Shown: positions 39,240 through 49,812, numbered from the stretch's first letter. The stretch is 64,000 bases of DNA from Spirochaetaceae bacterium (GCA_965224705.1 OZ245056.1:1024001-1088000); one strand, 5' to 3'. Made by a program: numbers and translations. Notes: generated by a model not told the origin, from the sequence alone.

Positions 39240-39320
39240 TCCCACCTGTACCCCCATCGCAGGCCCGAATGGTGTAGGTAAGACCACTTTCGCTTTGCGT
39301 CATCTGCCTTCGGTTGCTTG
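39240..39320 (+). pseudogene. N-terminal remnant of a P-loop (zeta-toxin-like) ATPase
   Basis: Translates as IAGPNGVGKTTFALRHLP. Confidence 0.5.
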
Positions 39321-39400
39321 CTCCCTTGATAAAAAAGGGAGTTTTGTGCTTTTATATTTTTGAAGAACAGGAAAGAGAACTTTCTTCATTAGAGGTATCC

Positions 39401-40240
39401 TTGAGCAATACGAAACGCGCGGCTGCCATAATGCTTTTCTGCCTGAGTGGAACACTGTTCGCGCAGTCTCCTGATGATAGAGAGGCTGTGCCGAAGGAGC
39501 CGGACACTCACTCCGAGCTTGATGTGGGTTTGGGGCTGTCAACGTCCGTTATGGCGGATACGGTTTACGCTTATCTGTACAAAGTTCCCGTGATTGGAAG
39601 ATTGCGATTGGAATACAGTCATACCAAGGGGATTGTAAACCATCAGGTGGGACTGGGCGGCGGGATAGGCCGTCTTTTTTCCCCCTATGAGAGTACGCCC
39701 GGTTATGCCTCACCGGATGATTTAACTTTTTTGATGGAAGCTTACTACACCCCGCGTTTCCGTTTTCTTCATACCGGAGGCCTTTCCCTGTACGCGGGTC
39801 CGGGCGTTCATCTGTACGGCAGCGGTTGGATTCCCGACAGCGGCGAAGTCGATGTGCTGCGCTACGCCTGGTCCATTCATACCGGGTTAGGGGCTTCATT
39901 CTTCCTGAATTATGCCCCGAAGAAAGGCGGACAGATCAATTTGAGTCTGTACATACCGGTGTTTGGTGTGTTGTGGAGACCTCCTTATTCAGGCTATACC
40001 CTGAGGGAGGAGAATCTCCTGGAAACCGAGGGCATGCTCAGCGCAATCTTTGCCAATCCTTTATTCGCATCCTTCCATAACCTTCTGAGTGTCACTCTCC
40101 GCTTCAGCTACGAACTGCCGCTTTCCCGGCTTATCGCCCTGAAGTTTGAATACAGTGCTCTCTTCGAATATATTTCCGTTCCCAGAGAACGAATGGAGTT
40201 TCAAAACAATGTCAGTGCGGCTGTATCGTTTCGATTTTAA
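39401..40240 (+). CDS. putative outer-membrane beta-barrel protein
   Basis: Signal peptide, alternating aromatic strands, C-terminal Phe. Confidence 0.6.
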   Translation: MSNTKRAAAIMLFCLSGTLFAQSPDDREAVPKEPDTHSELDVGLGLSTSVMADTVYAYLYKVPVIGRLRLEYSHTKGIVNHQVGLGGGIGRLFSPYESTPGYASPDDLTFLMEAYYTPRFRFLHTGGLSLYAGPGVHLYGSGWIPDSGEVDVLRYAWSIHTGLGASFFLNYAPKKGGQINLSLYIPVFGVLWRPPYSGYTLREENLLETEGMLSAIFANPLFASFHNLLSVTLRFSYELPLSRLIALKFEYSALFEYISVPRERMEFQNNVSAAVSFRF

Positions 40241-40250
40241 TCGGTTCAGA

Positions 40251-41327
40251 ATGCCTCTCCACAGGGGATTAAGTCTGCTCGTCTCCCTGGGATTGTGGGT
40301 CATGACGGCGGCATGCACCGGCAGCTTCGGATCGGATTTTGAGAACACGCCGAAAGGCAACTATGATTATTTCTTTTACGATCTGAACAAAACCTACGCT
40401 TATTGGGATTACACTTTCGATGGAAAAACCCTCTCTCAAATCCAAAGTGAGGAATCCTCCGGTATAGACAGCTCCTGGGATTCTCTGCAAACCGCTCTGG
40501 ACAGAGTCATCAACTTACGCATTCGAGACCCCCATCTTTATTCCAAATACTCTCCGATACCGGATATCGATCTGGCCGAAGACACATTGCTCAAAAATGA
40601 GCGGCAGAGCGATTTTAGTGACTACGTGCCGGGTGAAATCGACGATATAGAATGGCTGGAGCGAGAGCAGTTTCTTTTTTTCGGCATCGTGAAGACGTCC
40701 CAGAAAATCGGGTATGTTTTTGTGGATAGCCTTGTTGACAACGTGGGCGGAAGCCAAAGGCTAAGCGATTCGCAGGACTTCGGTGCCATTACGGACAGCA
40801 TGTTAACCCAATTCCAGTCCCGCGGTGTCGAGAAGCTTATCTTTGATGTTCGCTCGCCAGCCGGGGGAGCGGTGCACAGAGGCAAGGCCATCAGCTCCCG
40901 GTTCGTATCGTCCCAAAAGGTGTTCATGATTTCCGAAGCCCCGGACACGTCGGGAGAATATAAACGCCGGGAAGAAACTATCTCGCCCGCAGGCAATGCC
41001 TATTACCGGGATAAACCGCTGGTCATTCTGACCAATACCAATACCTGCAGCGGAGGGGAAATGCTCGTTCTCATGCTCCGGCAGGCCGATGGCTACATCA
41101 AAACCATCGGAAAATCGACAAGGGGATGCGCGGGAACCATCATCGACCGGGAATTGCCCAACGGATGGATAATCCGTGTAACATCCAGCCGAACATTCAT
41201 GCCCGAAGAAAAAGAGTATTTCAAGGTTGGCATTGAACCTGAACAGATTGAAGATTTTGACTGGAAAAACGATGAGGAAGATACCGTACTGGGCGCGGCC
41301 ATTGAATTACTCGAAAAGACACAGTAG
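40251..41327 (+). CDS. S41-family peptidase lipoprotein
   Basis: Lipobox-like TAAC, DPHL, LIFDVRSPAGG, TCSGGEM, ELPNGW. Confidence 0.8.
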   Translation: MPLHRGLSLLVSLGLWVMTAACTGSFGSDFENTPKGNYDYFFYDLNKTYAYWDYTFDGKTLSQIQSEESSGIDSSWDSLQTALDRVINLRIRDPHLYSKYSPIPDIDLAEDTLLKNERQSDFSDYVPGEIDDIEWLEREQFLFFGIVKTSQKIGYVFVDSLVDNVGGSQRLSDSQDFGAITDSMLTQFQSRGVEKLIFDVRSPAGGAVHRGKAISSRFVSSQKVFMISEAPDTSGEYKRREETISPAGNAYYRDKPLVILTNTNTCSGGEMLVLMLRQADGYIKTIGKSTRGCAGTIIDRELPNGWIIRVTSSRTFMPEEKEYFKVGIEPEQIEDFDWKNDEEDTVLGAAIELLEKTQ

Positions 41328-41611
41328 GGCGCCTCTAAAAACCCGCTTTCGGAATCTGGCGCAGAGATTTTTCACTGATGCAAGGCGACAAAAACGGAGC
41401 TAGCTGGGCTGCGTGAGCATTCTGGCAACGCAGCAGCAGGGGATGCGAGTCTATGGACTCGCATCCTGAGAGAGTGCCGAGCGATAGCGAGGAAAAGCCG
41501 CCACGGATGGCGGCGAAAACGAACGAAGGCGGCTCTCCAGAAGCAAGCAGGAGGCTTGCTTCTGGAGAGAAGGGCAAAAATCGAGCCGTGAGGCGTAAGT
41601 CCGACAGACTC
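41328..41611. mobile_element. MITE-like element with extra internal palindromes
   Basis: Shares core and right end (AAGTCCGACAGACTC) with 11534-11694; different left end. Confidence 0.6.
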
Positions 41612-41634
41612 CTGGCTGCCGTTCAGAGGATAGA

Positions 41635-42285
41635 ATGAAAAAAGCAGCGCTAATGATATTACTCGCCGTTACAGGTTCGTTGTTTTCGGAAGAACCAATT
41701 CCGTTCAACGTCAAGATGATGTACTACTATGAATATCAGTTCCCAGACATAGTTGAGCTAACAATTGATTACCTCAATAGTGAATCATCACTTGAAGACA
41801 AGTGGGCTCATAAGCTAATTGCTTTCTACATAGCTCTCTTTGAGAATGATTCAACAGTCCGGTCAAAAGTCAAGAACTCGATAGACAGAATTTCCAGCAA
41901 TCGGTATGTAATCCAAAGAAGTCTGGACAAGACACCGTCTGATTATCTTGATCAGTTTCCTCCCTCACCCACAAAGAACGATTTATTCTGGAGCATGTTC
42001 TTCGCAACCGGTGATGGGGAGTACCTGAACTACCTTATCAAGAATATTCCTCTATATGAAAATCGAAAAGACTTGAATTTGTTCATGACTGGATCAACAG
42101 CGATATGGTCATTATCGGCTAACTCCAAACAACATGAGGCCGTATCTGAGTATATCGGAAGTATTAAAACCGAATCAGAATATGTCGGGCATTGGTTAAA
42201 CCAAATTCTAGAGCTTGATATAGGCGATTTTCGCGAAAATGTTGTGACGATTATAAAAAACCAGAAGGAACTCGGAATATGGTAA
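41635..42285 (+). CDS. secreted hypothetical protein, probable orphan gene cassette
   Basis: Signal peptide; followed by attC-like start AGCTAAC AGCTGTTAATGCGCTCCGG. Confidence 0.7.
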   Translation: MKKAALMILLAVTGSLFSEEPIPFNVKMMYYYEYQFPDIVELTIDYLNSESSLEDKWAHKLIAFYIALFENDSTVRSKVKNSIDRISSNRYVIQRSLDKTPSDYLDQFPPSPTKNDLFWSMFFATGDGEYLNYLIKNIPLYENRKDLNLFMTGSTAIWSLSANSKQHEAVSEYIGSIKTESEYVGHWLNQILELDIGDFRENVVTIIKNQKELGIW

Positions 42286-42405
42286 TCGAGAATGGCAGCT
42301 AACAGCTGTTAATGCGCTCCGGTCCTTCGGGCACAGATTATTCCGCCTGTCGTAAATAGCGCTTGACAGAACAAGACTGATATACCATCTTACGGCTCTT
42401 TCTTC

Positions 42406-42678
42406 CTAATACACATCACCGTAATCCCCCACGCTCACAAGGATGATACGCTCTCTTTCCAGGATAAGCTCTATGGTTATCCGGTAGGAGATATTGATGG
42501 AAATAGAGTGTAATTCCTTTAATTTGCCTTTCAGGGGATGGAGACGCAAAGAGGGGTGAGTTGGATTTAATCGTACCAATTTCAGGCATTTCTCATAGGA
42601 AGATAGCAGTTCGGGGTGTTTTCTGAAAAACTTCTTAGCTCGCCTAACATAGCTTTCCGTATAGACGAGTTCTCTCAT
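42406..42678 (-). CDS. RelE/ParE-superfamily toxin
   Basis: 90 aa; HPSLRLHPLKGKL..HSISINISYRI. Confidence 0.85.
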   Translation of the reverse strand: MRELVYTESYVRRAKKFFRKHPELLSSYEKCLKLVRLNPTHPSLRLHPLKGKLKELHSISINISYRITIELILERERIILVSVGDYGDVY

Positions 42679-42929
42679 TGTTTCAATGTCTTAATATGTT
42701 CGTCCACATCTCCGGTGATAAACTGCCCTTCGGCAATATCCCGACGGGTTTCCTCCAGGGCAGTATCCAGTTCACATTCACGCAGATGATTGTACTTTTC
42801 AAAGGTCATAACCACGTAGCGTTTTTTCCCCCTAACCGTGATTACCGCTTCCTCTTCCGAACCGATAACCCGTTCAATAAGGGATACGCCTCCAGTTTTC
42901 AGTTCATTGGCTGTGATTGTATTATTCAT
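42675..42929 (-). CDS. Phd/YefM-family antitoxin
   Basis: ITANELKT, AVITVRGKKRYVVM; overlaps the toxin start. Confidence 0.85.
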   Translation of the reverse strand: MNNTITANELKTGGVSLIERVIGSEEEAVITVRGKKRYVVMTFEKYNHLRECELDTALEETRRDIAEGQFITGDVDEHIKTLKQ

Positions 42930-43103
42930 AGCACTGCAAATAGTATTGAAGATAAAACGATTAGTCAAGGCCGTAGGCGGCAAAAGAACACAATGAGCTG
43001 ATACGGGAGACTGACTTAAAAGCGGCATGAAGCTGTATCGACTTAGGGACCATTATAGTGCCGCATTACAACAAGAATACCTCAAACATACATTTTCACA
43101 CAA

Positions 43104-43343
43104 AGTCTTCCGCTCTGAATAAATCAAGAACCTATCATTGCCTGACTGGCAGGGGATTGATTTTAACCTTACCGGTACGGAGATAGCGGATGCCATGGAC
43201 AGCCGCGGCGGCGGCACTGGTTGTGGTTGTGTAGGAAATCTTCAGCGATACGGCTTCTGTTCTCATATCCTCGTCTCCAATTCGGCTGAACCGGCCGCTG
43301 GGCGTGTTGATGAGAAGCTGAGTCCGGTTGGAACGCATGTAGT
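43104..43343 (-). repeat. 240-bp copy of the carB 3' end and downstream sequence (direct repeat of 51109-51348)
   Basis: Encodes MRSNRTQLLINTP...NPLPVRQ, near-identical to the CarB C-terminus. Confidence 0.95.
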
Positions 43344-43412
43344 TTGTTGAACCTGGGTTAAGAGCGCAGAGTGGGTTAGAGATCTCCTTGATGCATAGAC
43401 CGATTATAATGT

Positions 43413-43823
43413 ATGGTTATCATTGTGAATGTTGAAATCAAAGGATTCGACAATCAGCTTGCTGTAACAATCCCCTACAATAAGGTGTTGATCGATTCAG
43501 TAAGGAGTGTTTCCGGGAGAATATGGGACAGCAAGAGGAAATTTTGGCTGATTCCAGGCCGTACACCAGACTCCCACCTTTCTGTCCGCTCTGCCCAGGC
43601 GGTGTTTGACAATGCCTGCGAAAAATGTGAAATAACAAAGAAGGTCTCCATCCATTCCCTGCGCCACGCCTTTGCCACTCATCTTCCTGAAGAGGGTGTT
43701 GATCTTCGCTATATCCAGGAACTTCTGGGACATGTCAGTTCAAAGACTACAGAAATCTATACTCATGTATCCAAAACAGGGGTCAGGCAAATTATCAGTC
43801 CTTTGGACAGGGCGAGGGGTTAA
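43413..43823 (+). pseudogene. internally deleted tyrosine recombinase
   Basis: [27 protein letters not shown] present; N-terminal segment joined directly to the late catalytic part, box I missing. Confidence 0.85.
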
Positions 43824-43859
43824 GTGTATGAAATTCGTGGAGATAAGATTTAGTTATGT
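43821..43859 (+). other. attI-like cassette insertion site, array 1
   Basis: TAAGTGTATGAAATTCGTGGAGATAAGATTTAGTTATG is identical to 61850-61887 (reverse); identity stops just after the GTT core. Confidence 0.7.
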
Positions 43860-43930
43860 TCAATGCCCGGCTTAAGAGATTTGTAGTTCTCGGCCATCCG
43901 TGGCCTCGGGGGCAAAGGGAGATTTCTTTG

Positions 43931-44887
43931 ATGAATGATTTTTTTCAATATCCACCAGATCTATTTGATCTTATAGTACAAACTATTCCATTATTGAATC
44001 GTTCAAAGAAATCCGTTTTACTCTTTTTTAAAGGATCGGGTGTTTCAGAAAGTTTATATTCAGATATTTCAGATCAACTTTCATCTAATAAAGATTCCAT
44101 AAATAAATATGCTATCACAAGAACAATTTTAGAGCGAATCAATGAAGATTCAGACAAATATCTAAGAGAAAGAAGAGAACTACTAAAAAGAATTATAGAA
44201 TTTGAAGCATTTAGCACTTGCTGGGAAAATGACATTTTAAAAGCAAAAGGTTTGGTTTCTGAAATACAAAAGGTAGTAAATGTTAAAGATTCATTTACTC
44301 GTATGAATCAAGAAAGAGAAAAAGAACGAAAGAAAAAAACAGATGAATATTTGAAAAAAATCAATGAGATTAAAGTAAAAGAAGACAAAATAGCCAAACT
44401 TAAAGATGACTTTTTTAAATTGTTTGGAAACATAGAACCACATAAAAGAGGGAAAAAATTAGAATCAGTTTTGAATAGTCTTTTTTCGATCTATGAAATC
44501 TTAATTAAAGAAGATTTTAAACGAGTTTCAGAGAACAAAGAAGGTATTGTTGAACAACTTGATGGTGTCGTTGAAATTGACAATCAGATATTTTTAGTTG
44601 AAATGAAATGGAAAAAAGACTCAATTGGAAGCGATGATATATATGCTCATTTAGTGAGAATATATCATAGAACGAATGCTCATGGTTTTTATATTTCAGC
44701 TTCAAAATATACTCCATCTGCAATTGAAGCAGCAAAAGAAGCTCTGGTTAAGGGGACACTGCTCTGTTTTATTGATCTTGAAGAAATTGTTCAGTTACTT
44801 GAAAAAAAAGATAATTTGGTACAATTTTTTAAAGAAAAAATTCATGCAGCAATAATTGAAAAACAACCATATAAAGGGATTAAATAG
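43931..44887 (+). CDS. Mrr-like restriction endonuclease (cassette gene)
   Basis: RGKKLE, EQLDG...LVEMKW, ISASKYT; AT-rich. Confidence 0.8.
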   Translation: MNDFFQYPPDLFDLIVQTIPLLNRSKKSVLLFFKGSGVSESLYSDISDQLSSNKDSINKYAITRTILERINEDSDKYLRERRELLKRIIEFEAFSTCWENDILKAKGLVSEIQKVVNVKDSFTRMNQEREKERKKKTDEYLKKINEIKVKEDKIAKLKDDFFKLFGNIEPHKRGKKLESVLNSLFSIYEILIKEDFKRVSENKEGIVEQLDGVVEIDNQIFLVEMKWKKDSIGSDDIYAHLVRIYHRTNAHGFYISASKYTPSAIEAAKEALVKGTLLCFIDLEEIVQLLEKKDNLVQFFKEKIHAAIIEKQPYKGIK

Positions 44888-44954
44888 CAGGAATAAGAGA
44901 CTAAAAATCCGTCCATGGGTTTTTAGAAATTACAACCAAGCCGCCGGGCACTAA

Positions 44955-45039
44955 ACATAACAAGGCTTTCATGGCTCCAGCCTTCGGCTTCCGGCCCAAA
45001 TTGCCTTTGGCAACTTCATGAAAGCCTGAGACGTTAGGT
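44955..45039 (+). other. attC site
   Basis: ACATAAC...GTTAGGT with internal palindrome AGGCTTTCATG/CATGAAAGCCT. Confidence 0.85.
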
Positions 45040-45135
45040 ATAATACTCGACAAATTACATCTTTAGTCTTCGGCCATCCTTGGCCTCAGAAGAATAATAA
45101 TATAAAAACCATGATTGGTAGAATGAGGAAGTAAA

Positions 45136-45800
45136 GTGGCAAACAATTATTTTCAAGATGATGAACGCGAAAATGCTATGATTGAATTATTTGGTCTATA
45201 TAAGGCTGACGATGAGGGGCGTTCTGGTATAGATGCATTTCTTGAAATCGATGGTAAAAATCTACCTTTTGAACTTAAGACAACATCTACTGGGTCTGTT
45301 ACAACGGTAAGAGATTTTGGCCCCGATCATATAAAAAAATGGAAAAATAAGCACTGGTTAATTGGATCTTTTATCAGAGATCGGGAATTTTATTTGTATG
45401 GTTCACCGGAAAAAATGGCCACTTGGATTGAAGAGAAAGAGAATTATATTTCAACAGATTTCAAACTTGCTGATTTAATTCCACAAAAAATATCACTTTC
45501 AGATATGTTTGAAATTATCGGGAAAAAAGAAAAATATTCACTCGAGAATGCAAAGTCTATTCAAAAGAAGCAATATAAAATTGCAGAATATATACAAATG
45601 CAAGATATGGAAAATGGGTATTCACCAGAGAGGATGTTAAGAATTTTACAAGACCGTGCTAATTATTTAATACAGAGAGGAAGTACTCTTAATAATCTCA
45701 TATACCATATAGTTATTTCGACGGCTGGACAGAAATAACACACAATCATAAAAACAAGCTTCGAGAAATGGTTCAAGAGTATTTAAATTCAATTAATTAA
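45136..45800 (+). CDS. putative type II restriction endonuclease, apparent frameshift near 45695
   Basis: GIDA...PFELKT motif; convergent with a methyltransferase; a plausible tail continues in another frame. Confidence 0.65.
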
Positions 45801-46980
45801 ATGCTTTATGAACATTTTTGGCGACATTATATGCAACAGGTGGAGCAACAGAATTACCGATCTGACCTAAAACCTGATAAACAGCACCACCAAATTTCCA
45901 AGACTCAGGAAAGCCTTGTAGTAAAGCCACATCTTGTACTGATAATCTAAAATGTCCGTTTTTTGCAGGAAAAGCTGATGCTTTTTGTCTATCAGCCTGA
46001 ACACCATTGGGCCAAATTTGTAAGTCACCCCATGATTTTTGACCAGCAGTGCTATTTAAAATTGATGTTGTATTCCTCTTCCCGGTAAATGCACTTCTCA
46101 ATGTTGGGGATAAATTATCGTACTCTATATTGGGTAGACCTAATGCTTCCCTAACGCCTTTAGTCATTGGTAGCATTTCATTAAAAAAGTCTTTTGTTAA
46201 ATAATCATTATTCTTAAATCTATTCCAATTGTGTGTAGGAATTGGAATCTCGAAATTAGAGAAGTGCTTTTCATTTCTAAAACCTACAAAAAATACTCTT
46301 TTTCTTATTTGAGGAACACTAAAATCTGCTGTATGCATTTCAAACATTTTTATTTTATAATCTGATAATGGTTTTAGTATGTATTCATCAACAAACCCTT
46401 TGAATTTAGGAGAAATCAATCCCAAAACATTTTCCGCGACAAAACCATCAGGTTTGATTGTATTTACAGCTCTATTGAATTCTCCCCACATATTTCTTTC
46501 ATCATTTTTACCTTTTTGTTGTCCAGCAATTGAAAAAGGCTGACAAGGAGGACCGCCATGAATTATATTTACTTTACCTTTATATGAACCCCAATCTATT
46601 TTTGTCACATCCCCATTTTCAGGTCCACAAAATACTTTCCAATCAGGCTTATTTATATTGAAAGTTTCTCTGCAAATTGGAATTAACTCAAATGAACCTA
46701 TATGATTAAATCCTGCTTGATCAAAACCGAGATCTAATCCACCTCCACCGCTAAACAGACTTAAAGAAGTTAATGTGTTGTTTGTGATATAAGGCATTAA
46801 ATCCATAGGATTATACTGAGGAGTATTTACTTCATGCATTGGTTCTAAAAAACCTTCCATTGCTTTTTTCTTTGCAATCATAGACTCATATGATAGTTCT
46901 TTATAATACTTTCGTTTCTCATCAGTAATGTCATAATTTTTAATTGGTCGGTTTTTGTAAACAGTTGCTTTTGTAGGCAT
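45793..46980 (-). CDS. DNA (cytosine-5) methyltransferase
   Basis: SLFSGGGG, GGPPCQPFS, ENV, QIRKRVF, QIGNSV. Confidence 0.95.
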   Translation of the reverse strand: MPTKATVYKNRPIKNYDITDEKRKYYKELSYESMIAKKKAMEGFLEPMHEVNTPQYNPMDLMPYITNNTLTSLSLFSGGGGLDLGFDQAGFNHIGSFELIPICRETFNINKPDWKVFCGPENGDVTKIDWGSYKGKVNIIHGGPPCQPFSIAGQQKGKNDERNMWGEFNRAVNTIKPDGFVAENVLGLISPKFKGFVDEYILKPLSDYKIKMFEMHTADFSVPQIRKRVFFVGFRNEKHFSNFEIPIPTHNWNRFKNNDYLTKDFFNEMLPMTKGVREALGLPNIEYDNLSPTLRSAFTGKRNTTSILNSTAGQKSWGDLQIWPNGVQADRQKASAFPAKNGHFRLSVQDVALLQGFPESWKFGGAVYQVLGQIGNSVAPPVAYNVAKNVHKAFN

Positions 46981-46982
46981 TT

Positions 46983-47180
46983 TTACTCCTTAGAATTAGA
47001 ATCAATTTGCTTTATTGTGGGAAATAGCTCTTTTTGATCTCCATAACTAATTAGTTCGGAAGCTTCTTTTACAAACCACTCTTTCATGGTTTTTTGATTC
47101 TTCTCTAAGGCCATATATAAATTACGTTTTAATTCAGGATCAATTTCTAGTACGATTCTACCTGATTTTCCTCTTGCCAT
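46983..47180 (-). CDS. small putative DNA-binding regulator (ribbon-helix-helix-like)
   Basis: RIVLEIDPELKRNLY..L; directly upstream of the methyltransferase. Confidence 0.55.
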   Translation of the reverse strand: MARGKSGRIVLEIDPELKRNLYMALEKNQKTMKEWFVKEASELISYGDQKELFPTIKQIDSNSKE

Positions 47181-47295
47181 AAGATCTCCTATGTAACATA
47201 TGTAATATAACATAGAAATCCAATTCTTACAAGCCTTTCAGAAAAGTACATCCGTGTACTTTCCTGAGCATTATTCTAAAGCTGTCGAGTACTAC

Positions 47296-47336
47296 ACCTA
47301 ACAGCGTCTATGCGTTGCGACCTTCGGTCTTGGCCC
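47296..47336 (+). other. left part of an attC interrupted by a group II intron
   Basis: TGTCGAGTACTACACCTAAC complements the cassette start GTTAGGTATAATACTCGACA. Confidence 0.75.
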
Positions 47337-49373
47337 ATCAAGTAGGAGGCACCCTGCGAAAGCAGGGATGCCGTCCTCTCACAGAACCGTGCGTACGGGT
47401 CCGTACACGGCTCCTCATGCATGTGTTCATATTTCTTTCAGTCTCAGGCTGAATAGATAAACTGCCCGAGTTCTTCAATGAAATAGCGATTGGGAAAAGC
47501 TTTGTGCATAGCCGGACTCCTTGAAGTCGCCCAGATACTCATATTGTTGATGATACGATTGGCCCCATACTCTGATACTCCCCTTTTTAACAGGGTTCGT
47601 TTCAGATTCCGGGGCCTCTTGTGCTCATACACTATTCGGGATCTCAATCGCCTTCTGGCATGGGCTTCTACCCTTTGAAGCTGGCGCTTATCTTCGGTTA
47701 TACCGTAATATCCACTCCAGCCCCGGTACCAGATATTCAGCTTTTCCACTGTAGCTTCAATAGACTGATTCGTTCGTCTGGGTATCAATTCACAAAGCCT
47801 ATCATTGGCTCTGCTCATTGACATCGACGAAATCGTAATCATTCCGGCCACAATGGTCATACCCAAAAACTTGATAACTTCGGCCTTTCCTGTTTTGCTC
47901 TTCTCCTCGTTGACAACGAGTTTCAGTTTCTTTTCAATGAAGGTTGAAATACTTCCCATCACTCTATCCGCCGCCTTTTGGGACTTAACGAATATGCTGC
48001 AGTCATCAGCAAATCGACAAAACTCCAGTCCTCGCTTTTCCAGTTCCCTGTCCAACTCGTCCAGAATCACATTGCTGAGCAATGGACTTAATGGACTACC
48101 CTGTGTCGTTCCGACAAAGGTATTTTCTTTCCGTCCATTCACCATCACCCCGCTCCGCAGAGTCAGGCCGATCAAACGCAGAATCCGGTTGTCGATCTTA
48201 TTGACCGTTCTCAGCTATCTGATGATTCTATCGTGGCTGACCCTATCAAAGAACTTCGACAGGTCGATATCCACCACAAAATCCTTACCGCTGCTGACTA
48301 TCGACTGAGCCTTTTCAATAGCCTGTTTCTGACTTCGTCCAGGACGAAAGCCAAAACTGCTGTCTGAGAAGGTGGGGTCGATAATGGGTTCGAGCAGAAA
48401 TTTGATGGATGCCTGGACCACTCTGTCACGCACACACGGCACGCCCAGAAGTCTCACTCCTCCTCCCAGTTTCGGGATCTCCACTCGTCTGACCGGCTGA
48501 GGTTTGCAGCTCCAGGCTTTCAGCTCCGCTGAGAGTTCCCGGATTTCCTGCTCAAGATTGGCTTTGTAATCCTCTACAGTGATCGCGTCGATGCCTGATG
48601 ACCCCCTGTTCTTACTCACCTCTCTAAAGCCTTGCCTCAATACCGATGGACGGCATAATTCCTCAAAAAGTCTCATGCTGTCCACTTTGAACAGTTCTCC
48701 TTGTCCCAATTTTCTCTCCTTCGGTCACAGACGAATATTTCTGCGTGTTCCACATCTCTTTTCCTTGTTTACGTCAGGAATGGGTGGAACACTCCCTAAT
48801 GGCTGGTTTCGTCTGATCTGATACTCATCGTTCCAACAGAACGTCTGCATGTTCCCCCCTTCACCTTTAACCTCCTTGTCCTTTGATTCCTGTTTTATCC
48901 TCAATATATGTTGCCATATCGTCACAGGCAGAAATCTTTACGGCTACTATGGGTTCTTCTGACTGCCGGTGGAAGATTACCCTACATCCCTGCACGGCTT
49001 AGGAAATCTTATGGCGCTGTTCCACAGTTTCCATTCCACAGGCCCTCCCCGGGTAAGACCAATCTCCATTTCATATCCCGCCTGCCTTCTGCACAATTAT
49101 GGGGTTACGTAAAGGATATGGGACTTCGATAGCCGAAGGTATCTCATCCTCCATAACTGCCTTTCAAAGGTTCACTCTCGTTCAGGCGAATATTTTGACT
49201 TAGACTTCCTTCAGATTCCTCATTGGGAAAGACAATCTCCATCTGGTCAGCAGGCATACTCTCAATGCGTTGTCTATCTTTCTTCGGACACCCTTGTCTT
49301 TGTCTACAAATTCCCTCCTTTCAGGGCTTTGTCGGGATTTTCACCCGCTGGATATTGGTCATGCCGGGCACAC
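47337..49373 (-). mobile_element. group II intron (class C-like)
   Basis: 5' GTGTGCCCGGCATG; domain V GAGCCGTGTACGGACCCGTACGCACGGTTC; domain VI ending CCTACTTGAT. Confidence 0.9.
47444..48709 (-). pseudogene. ltrA: intron reverse transcriptase/maturase with in-frame TAG at 48215-48217
   Basis: RRVEIPK..G.RLLGVP, SFGFRPGRS, DLSKFFD, QGSPLSPLL, RFADD; no endonuclease domain. Confidence 0.9.
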
Positions 49374-49509
49374 TTCGCACAACACAGTATATCTGGCTCG
49401 CTCGTGCCCTCGCTCGACCCATATTTGCCAAAAACTTATTGATTTTCAGAAATATCGCCTTTACTATCAAAGGCAAATCTGTCAATCTTGAGAAAAAGGA
49501 GACAGAATT

Positions 49510-49812
49510 ATGGCAATTTCAGATGTCAAAACAGACGGTTCTTGGATTATCGTTTACGATGATTCAGGAAAAGAAAAAAAACGAATGGGTGGTAGTCGTA
49601 AAGAGGTTGTAGGTATGACAGGTGATTTTTTTGTTACACTTGAAGGTTCTTGGATAGTAACTTACGATGAAAACTGTAAAGAAATCAAAAGGATGGGTAG
49701 TTCAAATAAAGTTGTTAGAAGTGCCGTTGGTTCAACATTTACAGTGAAGGAAGGCAGTTGGATTGTCACATACGATAAAAACTGCAAAGAGCAGGCCCGA
49801 AGGGGGGCATAA
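49510..49812 (+). CDS. small repeat-containing hypothetical protein
   Basis: Three copies of GSWI.(T/V)YD...KE; AGGAG RBS. Confidence 0.7.
   Translation: MAISDVKTDGSWIIVYDDSGKEKKRMGGSRKEVVGMTGDFFVTLEGSWIVTYDENCKEIKRMGSSNKVVRSAVGSTFTVKEGSWIVTYDKNCKEQARRGA

Noticed and set aside
47444..48709. Reverse transcriptase as retron, DGR or CRISPR-associated RT
   Set aside because: Group II intron ends and domains V/VI surround it; no template/variable repeat pair and no cas1 link seen
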